A stretch of 64,000 nt of DNA from contig OX597818.1 in the NCBI GenBank assembly GCA_951406725.2, positions 109,120,001 through 109,184,000 of the forward strand. The letters are read 5' to 3'. The notes below the pieces were generated by a model. The model did no database searches and was not told the DNA's origin. It saw only the letters and a program-made list of their open reading frames with translations. This stretch comes from Octopus vulgaris. Taxonomy: Eukaryota. The position numbers and the translations under genes are program-made. Below, piece after piece: positions 13,179 through 25,889 of this stretch. Position 1 is the stretch's first letter, and the number at the start of each line of letters is the position of its first letter.

Positions 13179-14107
13179 TATATGACTAGTTGTTAATTGA
13201 AAAAAAAAAAATTTGAGCAAACCGAATTATGTGGTTAACCAAGACTAACATAAACACTAGAATTACTATAATTTAATAACCGGCTGATCTAGCAAGTGAG
13301 GCCTCATATCAGTGAGAGAGACCAGTGCACATTGATGCTGTCAGGAGGCAGGCCCTGAAACAGGACACATTCTCTCCTGATGAACCCATACAATTGCTGG
13401 CTTCCGATATGCGGAGTTCTCGACTGTAGCACTTGCATGAGCAAGTTGTTTGCAAAGCATCTAAGTTCACTATTTCACTTCATTATAATTCAATGCTGAA
13501 CAGCTAAATTAATTCTAAACTTTAATTTTGGCTGACCAACAGAGTAGCACCAGATTGTATTGATTGTTGCAGCAAGCATAACAGGGTTATTCATTGTATA
13601 GAAAAGATAAACCACATACCAGAAGACATTCTGTCCCAGAGCAGTCCTAATGAAGAAGTTAATATGCAACAGTTCTAAATATAAGAATATAGTTAACAAA
13701 AAAACTGTTTTCTTACAAAATAAATATCATTGCTCATTTGAGGCTGTTCATCTGCCAGACTCTGTGTAATAAAATTATATTGCAGAACCACCCTTTTCAT
13801 GGAGATGCTTTTTGATAAGCGAAAACCAAAGTGAAATTTAACAGGAATTTCTAAAATGCAGACAGCAGTCTTTGTTGCCTAACCTAGGTCATAAATGTAA
13901 ATTTTACCAAATTTCTGCAGTCTTATTTGAAACTCAGATCAAGCATCGTGTTTGAAAGATGGGGTGGGGAGAGATATGGCAACAACAATAACCACAATCA
14001 GAAGATTGGAGCTACAAAGGCAAAAAGAGATATTGAGTAGATAAAAGACTGATAGCTAATATCTGAATAATTCTAAATCAAAGAGAACAAAAATTTCAGA
14101 TTTGAAG

Positions 14108-14145
<38 letters not shown>

Positions 14146-14529
14146 TACACACACACACACAGAGAGAAAGAGATGTGTGTGTGTGCGTATACATACAGAC
14201 ATATATACATATGTGTGTATGCGAGGGAGAAGGTTGGAGGAAGGTAGGGAGAGAGAGATCAGTCAGTTACTTCTCTTGTGCAAATATTGTTTCAGTAGTA
14301 AAACCAAAATTTACAGTAATTGGTATATTCCAAGAAAAAGTATTGTAAATAGATTAATAGTTCTGTTCTTAAACAAAAAATAATTCCTATTTTAATTCAC
14401 ATCATTTACCATTTATTTACTTATTTCAATAATGGAAACATTGGAATACACATCAATGGGTGACAAAGTGAAAACAGCAGAAGCTGCTTCAAGTTTAAAA
14501 TGTCAAAACAATAACTGATGAAATATTGG

Positions 14530-14722
14530 TTTCAAATTTTAGCACAAGGCCAGCAAGTTTGAAGAAGAAGGTAAACCAATTCCATCAACACAGTGCTGGT
14601 ACTTATTGTATCAACTCCAAATGATGAAAGGCAAAGTGAACCTTGGCAGAAATTGGACTGAGAATGTAAGCACAAATGAAATGCTGCCAAAAGCATTTTC
14701 ACCAGCATGCTAATGATTCTGC
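14530..14722 (-). mobile_element. SINE family C variant, degenerate
   Basis: GATGAAAGGCAAAGTG...CTTGGCAGAAATTGGACT, the reverse complement of the Nin-like domain and B box. Confidence 0.6.
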
Positions 14723-14814
14723 TACATTACAGGGACATAAACACACCAACACTGGTTGTCAAGTGGTGATGGGGGACAAACGCAGACACTAAGACACATA
14801 TTTTTTTTCTCTCT

Positions 14815-15065
14815 CTAGTTTCAGCTCAGAACTGTGGCCATACTGATGCACCGCCGTTTTTCTACGCTGTTATTACAGAGAGCCTCCTCCAATATGTGGC
14901 ACTTGGTGAAGAATGGAGTTTGATGTAGCTACCCTCATTTGCACCTCTTGCCTTGAGGTAGGTTCATCTGGGACTCTCGACAAGAAGAGGTCTAGCTTTG
15001 ATTTAAAAACCCCTACATCTACTTTGTGCAGGTTCCTCAGGATCTTTGGGTGAATATTAAATAAA
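14815..15065 (-). mobile_element. CR1-group LINE 3' fragment (ORF2 C-terminus plus 3' UTR)
   Basis: LFNIHPKILRNL...VFKSKLDLFLSRVPDEP...SNSILHQ is typical of the ORF2 C-terminus of CR1-group elements. It is followed by a short tail. Confidence 0.7.
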
Positions 15066-15320
15066 AAAAATGTCTCCTTCTTGAGCCAAGCCACGCTCCT
15101 GAAGGCCAGTTTCCTGGTTTCTGTGGCGCATATATTCCCCTGCCTGGATGGGACGCCGGTCCATCGCAGGATTACTCACTTTTGCCAGCTGAGTGAACTG
15201 GAGCAACATGAAATGAAGTGTTTTGCTCAAGAACACAATGTGTCGCCTGGTCCAGCAATTGAAATCCCAATCTTACGATCATGAGTCAACACCCTAACCA
15301 CTAAGCCACAAGCCTCTACA
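15066..15320 (-). mobile_element. SINE family D (tRNA head plus CORE-like domain)
   Basis: GTGGCTTAGTGGTTAGG A box, GTGTTCTTGAGCAAAACACTT CORE-like segment, and CCTGCGATGGACCGGCGTCCCATCCAGG. Confidence 0.7.
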
Positions 15321-15346
15321 CATATATACAATACCCTCATATATAT

Positions 15347-15652
15347 ATGAGGGTATTGTAGTTCACTGGAAGCATTGTGTATTGTTTGTGAAACATAACG
15401 TGTCTTGAATGGTACATCAATGCAGAGTTAATTAACTCCCTAGTGGTTGCGAACTCGGCCTGGCCCAGGCATAGAATTATTCGTAGCCTGAGATAACATT
15501 TTGGAATATAAAAACTTCTTCAGATATTGCAATTTTTATATTCTGAAATTTTATAGTAAACTATGAATAATTTTATGCTTGGACCAGGCCAAGTTCGCAA
15601 CTGATAGGGAGTTAATCCACTCTGCACTGTTGTACCATTCGAGACACGTTAT
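15347..15652 (-). mobile_element. Fold-back element (~120-bp arms plus unique tail), same family as 13022
   Basis: Arms 15395-15514 and 15533-15652. The tail GTATTGTAGTTCACTGGAAGCATTGTGTATTGTTTG is the reverse complement of 13143-13178. It abuts (TA)n. Confidence 0.7.
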
Positions 15653-16249
15653 ATGTCAAATATATATATAATCTTTGCTGCTGCTGCTGCTGCTGCTGTG
15701 ATTGACCAAGCCTACAAAAAGAGATGTTCCAGTCATGGCTATCACTTGTTAAGGTTATCTAGGGCTACACAATCATTACTTGATCGAGAAATGGGATATG
15801 ATTCGAATGACATTTACATGAAGTTTGTAGTAGGCGAAGTGGCTACACAGAATCTTCCTTGATGGATCATAGACACTATAGTTATCACATATGGTCCTAA
15901 GTTCTAAACTGGAATTTAAGAATAACTTTTTAGTTGGTCAAGCTTACACAGATGAGGTACACTTCTTTAGAACCAGTCTTATTCATTATCACTGTGCTTC
16001 TCTATTTAGTGTAGATGACCTATGGGCAACCTGTAGGACTCAGGGGTAAGTGATTCTTTGAAACATTTTGCAATGTGGTAATTCTATAAAATATAATGTG
16101 ATGATTAAATAAACATAATATCTCTCTCTCTCTTTCTCTCTCTTTATTTATCTATCTATCTTCCTTTCTTTCTAACTCAATCTCTCCTTCCTCTCCTTTC
16201 TTTTGCTAGTGGGGCAGCCAAGCATCTCCTCTATAATAAGACACCTTGT

Positions 16250-16483
16250 CTTGCAAGTTACATGACAACCCTGCCGGTGTTACAAAAACAAAAAAGCACC
16301 TGATACACTCGGTAAAGTGGTTGGTGTTAAGAAGGGCATCCAGCTATAGAACCCATGCCAAGGCAAACAAGGGAACCTGGCGCAACCTTCTGGCTTGCCA
16401 GCTCTTGTAAAACCATCCAACCCAGCATGTCTTCCATGTCAACATGGAAGACACATGTTATTGGGTGGTGATGATGATGATGA
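16250..16483 (+). mobile_element. Family B, degenerate
   Basis: GTGGTTGGTGTTAAGAAGGGCATCCAGC motif and (GAT)n tail. Confidence 0.7.
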
Positions 16484-19039
16484 CAAATGTGTGACTAAAA
16501 TTCTGTAAAATAATCTTTAATTCCAACTGTGAATTTGAAGAATTTTTATTCTTTTCCACATCTCTTATCCTTGATCAAATTTTTATAATTTATTTAATGT
16601 AATGTGGTGTATATGTAAAACATATCACATTTGTTAGATTATTATTTTAGCTATGTGGTCTGACTTACGCTGAGCCAATTTCATAAGGCCTGCCACACTG
16701 ACTTCGGATCTTTAAAGTTCACTTAACATTAATCTAGTACAATTTTCATTTAAATCCTCCTATTCTAAAGACTGAAGACTGTGCATGTAGTTTATTGCAG
16801 CAATATGTCAACCTTGAGATAATTTGGATGTTTAAAAAAGTTGATCATAGTTTAGATGAAGTATGATGTGATTGTTGTTGAGAGTGAAGAAGCTCAGTAC
16901 AGACAGAGAGGGTGCTTTGCTTATTGCTTGTACTGTAGTTTTGTAGCACTTGTTTGATAGGAAAAGGGTGAGAACTCAAACTGGAGATATAAACATATTA
17001 TATACTTGGTAACTGCAAAAATTCCCTTGTCGAAAAATATAAAGTACTATCTTCAAATCCAGTCAGCAAGTTATATTTAAATAAACAATAATGCAAGCAA
17101 TAATAGAAAAACATAATTTTCTCTATAAATATTTTAAACAATAAAAATTACATGTAATGCTAAAAATGAAAAGAAAACTAAATCTAAAATGAAATTTCCT
17201 TTTAAGTATAAAAGAATGTTATTTATGCAGTATAACACTTGAGGTTATTTTGATGTTTACCAGTTTGTGGTACCATTCATTATTTGAATGAGATGTGTGG
17301 TGGCACTGTGTGTAATCTTTATATTGCAGTCTTACAAAGTTCACTGCATGAATATTACATTTGGTAGAACTCTACAGCCATTGCAGAGTGTGGTACCATT
17401 CATTGAAGCCTGATTGTTCAATCAACAAAGGACAAGATGTTGCATTGTTTTTCACTGATATTGATGATTATAACAGCTTCTTCTTAAAATTAAAAAAGAA
17501 AACAGCATGGCATATATGAGATATCTGATGGTAGTTTTAGAGCAGAGTGAAAGCTTTACAAATTTAATTTTGTTTTGCTTTGTTCACCCTTTTTTATGAG
17601 AATTCTATTCTAGAATAAAGGAATGTACTTGGATGGATACTAACATCTGACTGTATTGTCACTAGGCAGCTGGCGATCAGCTCAGATGGATTAAATGCCA
17701 AATGAACTTAAAGTTAAAAGAACAACACTAAGGACAAGCTTCTATGAACACACACACAAACACATGCACTCATTCACTTGCTTGCAGACACAGACTAAAA
17801 AGAAAAGCAGAAAAACTGATAAGACAAAGCAGTTGATATATTTGCACTTTATGACCACAAAATGGAAATTGATCTTTGCTTGAATTAAACAGATCAATTG
17901 TCTTACAAAACATTGCATGTTTTTCTCTCATTGTAAGGTCGAATGCTTCAATCAACAATAGGAACTATCAATAATAAACCCTTTGTGATATCAAGCAAGG
18001 TGCGTAGATGCTTTTATTCTGACCAATATTAAAAACACATAAAGTACTAAGCTTCAGTTGTGTTTCCATAAATATTACTTACGTCTGTCAACTCATTCGC
18101 AATTTATATTAATGGGGTGCAGCCATAAATTATACAAATATATTTACAAGTCTGGGTCACAGTAAAAAAAAGATGTACTTCCATTTAAAAAAAAACAATG
18201 GTGTTATTTATTAATAATACAGACATATTCGATTATCAATGACAAAGACGGTAAAAGCAAGATGAAGGATAAGAATTAAAGAGGTTCGATCCCAATTAAT
18301 ATGATGGAAATTACTTTACTTGTTTCGTTCTATGTTTTTCAGTTTGTATCTTAATAGCTTTACATCTATTTATCTATTGATGCTGGCAGAAGTTAAACAA
18401 TCTTGCAGATATGAATGTGGATTTATGTACGAGTTACAATTCCAAAACACTTAAAACTGGTGTGTAGGTTCTCAGGAAAAAACATTGAAACAAAAATACA
18501 ATGTGTTGGCTGGGAGTATTGTGTTACGCTTGTAGCATCCTTTGATCATTTCATGCATTCATCACAAAAAAATTACTTAATATGAAATATGTAATAGAAG
18601 CACGTAGAAAAAAATTCAAAAAGTAAAAACAAAGAACAAAACAAGAACATCTTAACTATGGATAAGATCAATAGATCACATTTTGAAAGAAAAACTTGCT
18701 GAGTGATTTTCAAGTAACATTTCTTAAGATCAGAACTTAGCACAGCTGTTGCTTTGTGTGTGCAGACAGAAAATATTATCCCACTACATTTAGCTAACAT
18801 GGAGTAACACCTTCAGCAAGTGTCTCCTACAACAAAAGCTTCAGTCCAACCAAAGACTTATGAACAGATTTCATAGATGGAAACTGAAAGCCCAATGTAT
18901 GTGTGTGTGTGCATGTGTGTCCCCATGTCCCAAAAGGATGAAAGGCAAGGTCAGGATACAAAAACGGATGGAAAGTCAGAAAGCATTTTGTCTGGTGTGC
19001 TAACAATTCTGCTCACCACAGCTCCAGAAAACACCTAGT

Positions 19040-19205
19040 TTAGTACAGCTCAAGAAAACAGTGTTATTAGGGACAACTAGAATACTTAGGTAGGTTCTTG
19101 GCATCTAAGGTTACTTGTTGCAGCTCAATGTTAGAAATTTTTCCTTTCCAACAGTTGTATCTGTTGAGCATATATGATATGCATGAAATAATAATAATAA
19201 TAATA
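19040..19205 (+). mobile_element. 3' fragment of an RLE-type (R4/HERO-like) non-LTR retrotransposon
   Basis: Translates KKTVLLGTTRILR*VLGI*, matching the LQKxxLLGTARILRxVL C-terminal motif. Ends in a (TAA)n tail. Confidence 0.6.
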
Positions 19206-19370
19206 TTAGCAAAAGAAAAGAAGAGTGCCATTGTTATTAAGTGAACAATATTTCGGCATCTAGTGTGCCTTCCACATGCTCAAGAAATAAACTTGTCAAT
19301 CTACTTCATTTTTGGTAATATCTTATAGGATTGAGGTAACTCCTCCAGTAGGTATACAGAAGCAAATAAT

Positions 19371-19792
19371 AATATGCTTTCTAATTGACCCATCATGCCT
19401 GTTTTTGCTTACTGATCAACCTATTATGCCTGTTTGATTCCAGGATCGTAAAGAAAGAGGATGAAAAATTAAAAAAAGTACAATTCCTTAAAATTTGAAA
19501 TAGGAAGAATTTGGAGTATGAAAACTCTGAAGGTTATGCCTATAATAATTGGTGCATAGGGAACAGTAAAGAAAGATATAGACAAATGGCTGAAGGAGAT
19601 TGGAATAGAATGCTCTGTAGAGCTCCTACAGAATGATTGTCTCTTAGGGAAAGCAAGGATTATCAGGAGAGTCCTAAGCACTTTAATGTCTACTGAAAAC
19701 TTGTGGATACCTAAGGTTACAGGTAGTAACCAGCTACCCACATGAATTGTACCAAGAATAAAACCAAACTTAAGTCAAACCAAATAATAAAT
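19371..19792 (+). mobile_element. Decayed RLE-type (R4/HERO-like) non-LTR retrotransposon 3' end
   Basis: With frameshifts and stops it reads CFLIDPSC...KEDEK...FEIGRIWSMKTLKVMPIIIGA*GTVKKDIDKWLKEIGIECSVELLQNDCLLGKARIIRRVL, a restriction-like endonuclease C-terminus. Confidence 0.75.
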
Positions 19793-20988
19793 ATTCTAAA
19801 CATAAATACAGTCATATGCAAGTTCATACATGACCCGTCTCAACTAAACAATTCATTAACCACACACTGGGTGTATATCCAATTAGGACATCAATATTCA
19901 CTCACTCCTACCTATATATATAACTAACAACATAAAAATGCTATAAAAACCTATTGATAAAGTTAATCACTGTTTAGTTCGTTTATTCCCTCACTAATAT
20001 TAACAACATCAAGACAACAAAGCAGACTGCAAGTCAATCATGACAGAATGTCCAGTCATATTAATCCTCATTCTGTTCTTTCTTTACATCAACATAAATA
20101 TCAAATTGACTTTGTTTTTAAAGGATTGATCAGACAATTCTTCCATCCCTCAAAACAATCAAAACTCAATTCAACCCATCCCTCTATTTTTTATTTTTTT
20201 TATTTTCTTAACTAAAAAAACTAATGATACCTTTTCCATTAGACAAACAAACTGCAAGGTAAACTGTTCAGCCATCTATCTAAAGGTTTTTCACTTATTT
20301 AAGTGTGTGTGTGTGCGTGCATGTATGTTAACTACTTATTTTTTTCTTTTCTTTTTATTGTTTTAATTCTATTTTCTATAATATCTGTTTGCTATTTCAT
20401 ACATCTTTTGAACAGCTGCTTTCCCTTTCCCACTGTTAGCTACTCAACCATGAAGTAGGAGCAGTACCTACTTTTGATCCCTCAGGAAAACAGAGTTGTA
20501 TACAATGCTGAAAGGATCAACAGAGTGTAAAGATCTGAACATGTGCCCAGGTAGTCATTCCGAACATGTAACCATGCAGCCATTGTACTTAATATGAGTG
20601 CACATACGCATGCTTGTGCGCATGCATGAGCTCCTATATTAACACTTAGCTAGCTAGAAATAGTACCCAAGTCTCCAATCAAAACAGGAAGAACACTTGG
20701 ACAAAGTTGTGATAGATTCTCCTTGCTCCAGCATGGCAATAGCCTTAGGGCTGAAACAGTAAAAGGTTAAAAGAATAAAGAGGATACTCACAGTCCAAAC
20801 ACTTTTGAACTTAAGACTGTTGAAACTTGGGGTTAAACCACACACACACACACACACATTTATTCATTAATAAGTTTGGAGAGTGATATTTAGGGTCTTG
20901 TCACACCTCCCAATACAGGGATAACTGGGTGAAGTTAATGTGACTGATTGTGGGTAGAGAGAGCCTATAGAGGAAGGGTTTACTATAA

Positions 20989-21198
20989 TCCTTTAGCATT
21001 CAGATTACTCTGTCGAATGTAATGCCTATTTATTCACAATGCTTTCAGTTATCCTCATAGTTTGAGACTCTGATGATGTGATCGTTTATTTTTTTTAAAC
21101 GGCATTGTAGGAGACATGTAAGAGGCCAGATCTGGCCAGTTCAAACATAAACAGATGGAATATTTGGACCAGACATGACTGGTTTCAATGCTAAAAGG
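20989..21198 (+). mobile_element. piggyBac-type MITE
   Basis: Ends CCTTTAGCATT...AATGCTAAAAGG with ATAA on both sides. Body shared with three other copies. Confidence 0.7.
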
Positions 21199-21209
21199 AT
21201 AAACTAGTT

Positions 21210-21554
21210 TTCAAATGGAAATTGTAGTTGTGATACCTGTGCCGGTGGCACATAAAAAGCCCCGTCCAAATGAGGCCAATGCCAGCGCCGCCTTGACTGG
21301 CTTCTGTGCCAGTGGCACGTAAAAAGCACCAACCGACCGTGGCCACTGCCAGCCTCCCCTGGCACCTGTGCCGGTGGCACGTAAAAAGCACCCACTACAC
21401 TCATGGAGTGGTTGGCGTTAGGAAGGGCATCAAGCTGTAAAAACACTGCCAGATCAGACTGGAGCCTGGTGCAGCCTCCTGGCTTCCCAGACCCCAGTCG
21501 AACCGTCCAATTCGTGCTAGCACAGAAAACGGATGTTAAATGATGATGATGATG
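21210..21554 (+). mobile_element. Family B with three GTGCCNGTGGCACNTAAAAAGC subrepeats
   Basis: Shared motifs and (GAT)n tail. Confidence 0.85.
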
Positions 21555-22596
21555 AGTTTAAGTCTTAGATTAGTTTTGTAACATCAATATCAAACTGTTG
21601 GTGGTGGTGGTGACAGCAATGGTGGAGGAGAGAATAAATAAAACAACACAGATGTCGTTTTACTCCTAGACATCTCTAGATTTAACAAACAGGAGGAGAT
21701 TTTAGAATCCACTTCCTTCTACCCAAAAAGTTCCATAATTTTGCTGTTTGTTATGGGACAAACCAAGAGATCAGGTGAAGAATTAATAAAATCACTTTTG
21801 CAACTAATTCTTGTTTTGAACAACTGTCCCAATAATAGATTATTTCTTCAATTATAGCTGAAAATAAAACTATTCCTGCTGGGGAAATAACCACAGCATA
21901 AAATGGAAGATAATTTCAATCAGTTACAAAAACTGAATCTAATGAATAAAAAATAAAAAAAGAACAACAACCCAAAAGGAATTATAAATGGACTAACACA
22001 TATAATTACTTTGGAAAGTCTCTATCATAACCTATGGCATTTTAGTACTTCAAGAGAGGAGAATGTTAATTAATAGCAAATTTACTGAGAACTAGTCCAA
22101 TCAAAACAAGTCATTGCCATTACATTAATCAAATAGAATAACTTTTTTAAATGTTAAAAAATAGCTTTTCTTTTTCATTTCTAATAAATGAGAAGAAATA
22201 TAGATGAATGTATATTATGCATTAAAAGACAAAATAATCTCTTCTATATTTTCTAGGTGTTTACTACCACTACCGCAAGATATGTGAAGGTAAAATTCCA
22301 AAAACAAATAAAGAACTGTCTGAAATATTGAATGAAAGATTTTAAATGACTAGTTTTATGCTTGAATGAATTCCTTGAGAATCTCTCTTCTATGTATAGT
22401 TTAGCTTATATAAGTTTTCAGAGAATGGAAAAATTTGAGATTATTTCATCTTATGAAGTCTTGTTTAAAACATGAAAGTGAACTTATAAAGTACAATGAC
22501 ACCTGAAATGTGTGTAACTAAATTTAGCCATTCTCACTGACTTCAATGTACAAGTTTACTATTGAGGGAATAAGGGGTTTACCATGTTCATTATCT

Positions 22597-22993
22597 TTTA
22601 TCTTTTACTTATTTCAGTCATTAGACTGCAGCCATGCTGGGGCACTGCCTTGAAAGGTTTTAGATAAACGAATCAATCCCAGTGCTTATTTTTATTTTTA
22701 AAGCCTGATATTTATCTTATTAGTGTCTTTTGCCAAAACCGCTAAGTTATGGGTATATAAACGCATCAACACCAGCTGTCAAGAAGCAGTGGGGACAAAT
22801 ACAGCACAAAGACACATACACACCCACATATGACAGGCTTCTTTCAGTTTCTATCTACCAAATCCACTCACAAGGCTTACATTGGCCCAACACTGTAGTA
22901 AAAGGCACTTTACCAAGGTGACACACTGTAAGATTGAACTCAGAACCTTGTTGTCCGGAAATAAACTGCATACCACACAGCCATGCCTGCACC
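22597..22993 (-). mobile_element. SINE family A
   Basis: Collinear with the young copies at 27288 and 50920. Confidence 0.8.
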
Positions 22994-23139
22994 TAATATA
23001 CACACATGTAAGCAAAAACAAAAAAAAAACATATACAAATCTAACAGTTATTTGTAAAAGGAATAACTTATTTTTTTTGCCAAAATGCTAATGAGTAACA
23101 CTAAGGTTTAAAATAAGATTATGAAAATAATTAGCATAC

Positions 23140-23655
23140 CTGAACATGGTTCTTTGATGTAAGAGGAGTCACAAGAGCTTCTAGTTTGTGCCAATTCCAC
23201 GTAGATGAAGTACATGAATCAGCAGTATTTGAGTTAGAAAAAAAAGCTTTTGAGTCACAAGTCTTAAAAGAATTTGATGTGTTTGAATCATCTAAATTTC
23301 TAGATGTATCTGTCAAGATAGAATTTTGACTTGTGGCACCAAGGGAGGCCCAACTATGGTGGTGAAATATTAATGGGGATTCATTAAACTGCAATCTCTT
23401 CTGAAGCCCCAGTTCAGCATCGCTGTGTGTTTCTCCTGTCTTGTTTACACTAATGTGCAATTCCTCACCAACATCAGATTCTAATGACTTCACACATCTA
23501 GGTCTTTTCATTCTTGAAGACTCGCTGAACGGAGAAAAACAGTCCATCTGTTGAGTGAGGTTGGTCTTGCCTTGTATAGAACCTTCATTATTCTGGATGT
23601 GCTCAAAGGCCTTTCTCAATCGGCTCCGAAATGTATTATTTTTTTTAGATTGTCT
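23140..23655 (-). CDS. Internal coding exon (172 codons, phase 0/0) of an unidentified Ser-rich protein
   Basis: Acceptor ttttctttttaaaactttAG|AGACAA at 23655 and donor CAG|GTATGC at 23140. The frame is open throughout and in frame with the upstream exon. Non-repeat sequence with protein-like composition. Confidence 0.8.
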
Positions 23656-24679
23656 CTAAAGTTTTAAAAAGAAAAAAATGATGATGATAATAATAATAAT
23701 AATAATAGTAATAATAACACAGAAAGAATGAAATATAGTCAAAGCAACAAAAACAGAATATCAACATTTTTAATGTGATAAATTCAAGATAAATATAACA
23801 AGTTGTGCATAAATTTGAGTCTAAAGTTGATATGAACTTAGTGCAACTGCTGTATTGTTGCGCTAAGATAATTCAGCTGAAAGTTTCCAAGTTATTCTAT
23901 TTTAAATTTTCTGAACTTAACACTTTCATTATATAATATATCCTATTAAGGACACAGTTTGCATGTAGGAAGAATGTTACGACAAGCTTCATCATTCAAT
24001 TTATGCTTGCACATTAACGACACTCTTGTGAAGTCAAGCTTACTTTATGCTTCTACATTTCTTGAAACCATCTAACTTGTTATTCTTTGTAGGACTGTGG
24101 CCATGCTGGAGTACCACCTTAATTTATTTTCTCCCCTTGAATGGCTTGCTGGCCTGATATTATCATTGAAAGTTTATCTAATGTTTTTTGAATTTCTCAG
24201 TAGAGGTCCCTTTTATATTTTTGATTTCTATAAGTAGGCAGTTGAACAGTTGAGGACCCCTAAATATCAGACTGGTACAATAGCGTGTTTATGCTCACAA
24301 AAAATAATTATAAATCTAGCATTCACCTTTGGAAAATTATCCCTAAATTTTGCATTATATAATTTAGTAATTTTTACAGAATTGGCTAAGATCATAAACT
24401 GTGAACCACTATTACAGCTGAATCATTCAGTGACTCTTGAACCTACCAAACTACCGTATATAGTTGGTTGAATGTATTTGTAACGATAAATCTGCAACAA
24501 TGTGATTGTAAAGATAATATTGGAACCAATGTTGACATTGGTAACACTACTCGACAATGGTTACAGCTCAGAAGTTTGAAACAGTGAAAGAGTAAAAGAA
24601 AACGTTCCATGTAAAGTAGGAACATCAATAATTGAGCTGCTTATGAACAACTCCAAACACAGTAACAAACACTGTCAGG

Positions 24680-25044
24680 TAGATTATTTACATTAGACGG
24701 ATATTTGTCCTCACCCTCCAGCTTTCATCAGGTATCTTGGGAGAATTTCAAACCTGGGTTCTCGTTCCTAAGTTATTTTTCTGATGTTACAATTATTCAG
24801 TTCTATATTTAAGAGACGAGGAATTATGTACACTGTTTACATTATTTACATTTGGCAGATATTTGTCCTCATCTTGTTTGTTGTTAACACAACGTTTCGG
24901 CTGATATACCCTCCAGCCTTCAAGATACCAGATGAAGGCTGAAGGGTATATCAGTTGAAACGTGTTAACAACAAACAAGATGAGGACAAATATCCATCGA
25001 ATGTAAATAATGTACATAATTCCCCATCTCTCAAAAATAGAACT
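24680..25044. mobile_element. Penelope-like pseudo-LTR remnants: a partial direct copy plus a fold-back (arms 24799-24922 and 24933-25044)
   Basis: Contains damaged hammerhead motifs ((C)TGATGA-A-GGCTG-loop-CAGCC-GAAAC) in both orientations. Confidence 0.75.
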
Positions 25045-25228
25045 ACTGTCAGATAGATATAATGGTATACCAATGTTATCTTTTGACTCACAACTCAATC
25101 ATAATATATTTTGTTCCAATTAAAACAAAATTTCTTCAAGATATTAGAACAAATCAGTTAGAAAATCTCTATAAGAGATCAGAGCAGTAACTATACTGAG
25201 AAGTACTGATAATTGGCACTTCAGCATA

Positions 25229-25692
25229 GCTGTTCCATAGGAACTGATATTACTGCTATTTTTAACCCCAGGAGGACACATCCTCCAGCTAGTTATTTGA
25301 TGCAATCCACACCCAATATATATTGCAAGCAAGGGAGTGAACTCCTACCTTCTTCTAACCATGAGACCACCAGACCATATGGCTTTGACCTCTTTGTGGT
25401 CATCTAAACTAGCTAATTTGCTTGTTGTGAGATCAGTAACTGTGTGCCACTAACTTTTCTATATATTTCATGCCGAAATGAACTGCAGCTATCACTAGCA
25501 GGCAAGTATCCACCACTGAGGATGACCACAAAGAGGTCAAAACTGTAGGGTTTGGTGCTCTCATGACTAGATGGTAGATGTTCACTCCCCTGCCTGCAAT
25601 ATATATCAGGTGCAGATTGCAACAAATAACCAGCTGGAAGAAGCATCTTCTTCAGGTTAAAAGTAGCAGTAACGTTGGTTCCTACAGAACAA
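25229..25692. repeat. Diverged inverted repeat (~175-bp arms, ~115-bp spacer)
   Basis: TTTGACCTCTTTGTGGTCATC / GATGACCACAAAGAGGTCAAA. The ORF track shows similar peptides on opposite strands (25213+ and 25413-). Confidence 0.8.
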
Positions 25693-25889
25693 ATAATTTT
25701 TCTACCATTTGTTTTTAAACCCTAAAGGTTTTGTTCTTGTCCACACACACACACATATTCTTTAAGAGTTCGTAATAAACACTCTGATAATGATATCCTA
25801 GGACATCAACAGGGCTGACATTTATAACATCTCAGCTACAACAGCAGCAACATGTATAAAAACAAGGAAAGTTGGATTGAAAAAAATAT

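Noticed and set aside
17770-17970. Possible further exons of the minus-strand gene (also 3308-3480, 6530-6655, 13300-13500)
   Set aside because: No convincing acceptor/donor pair with an open frame and no recognisable motif.
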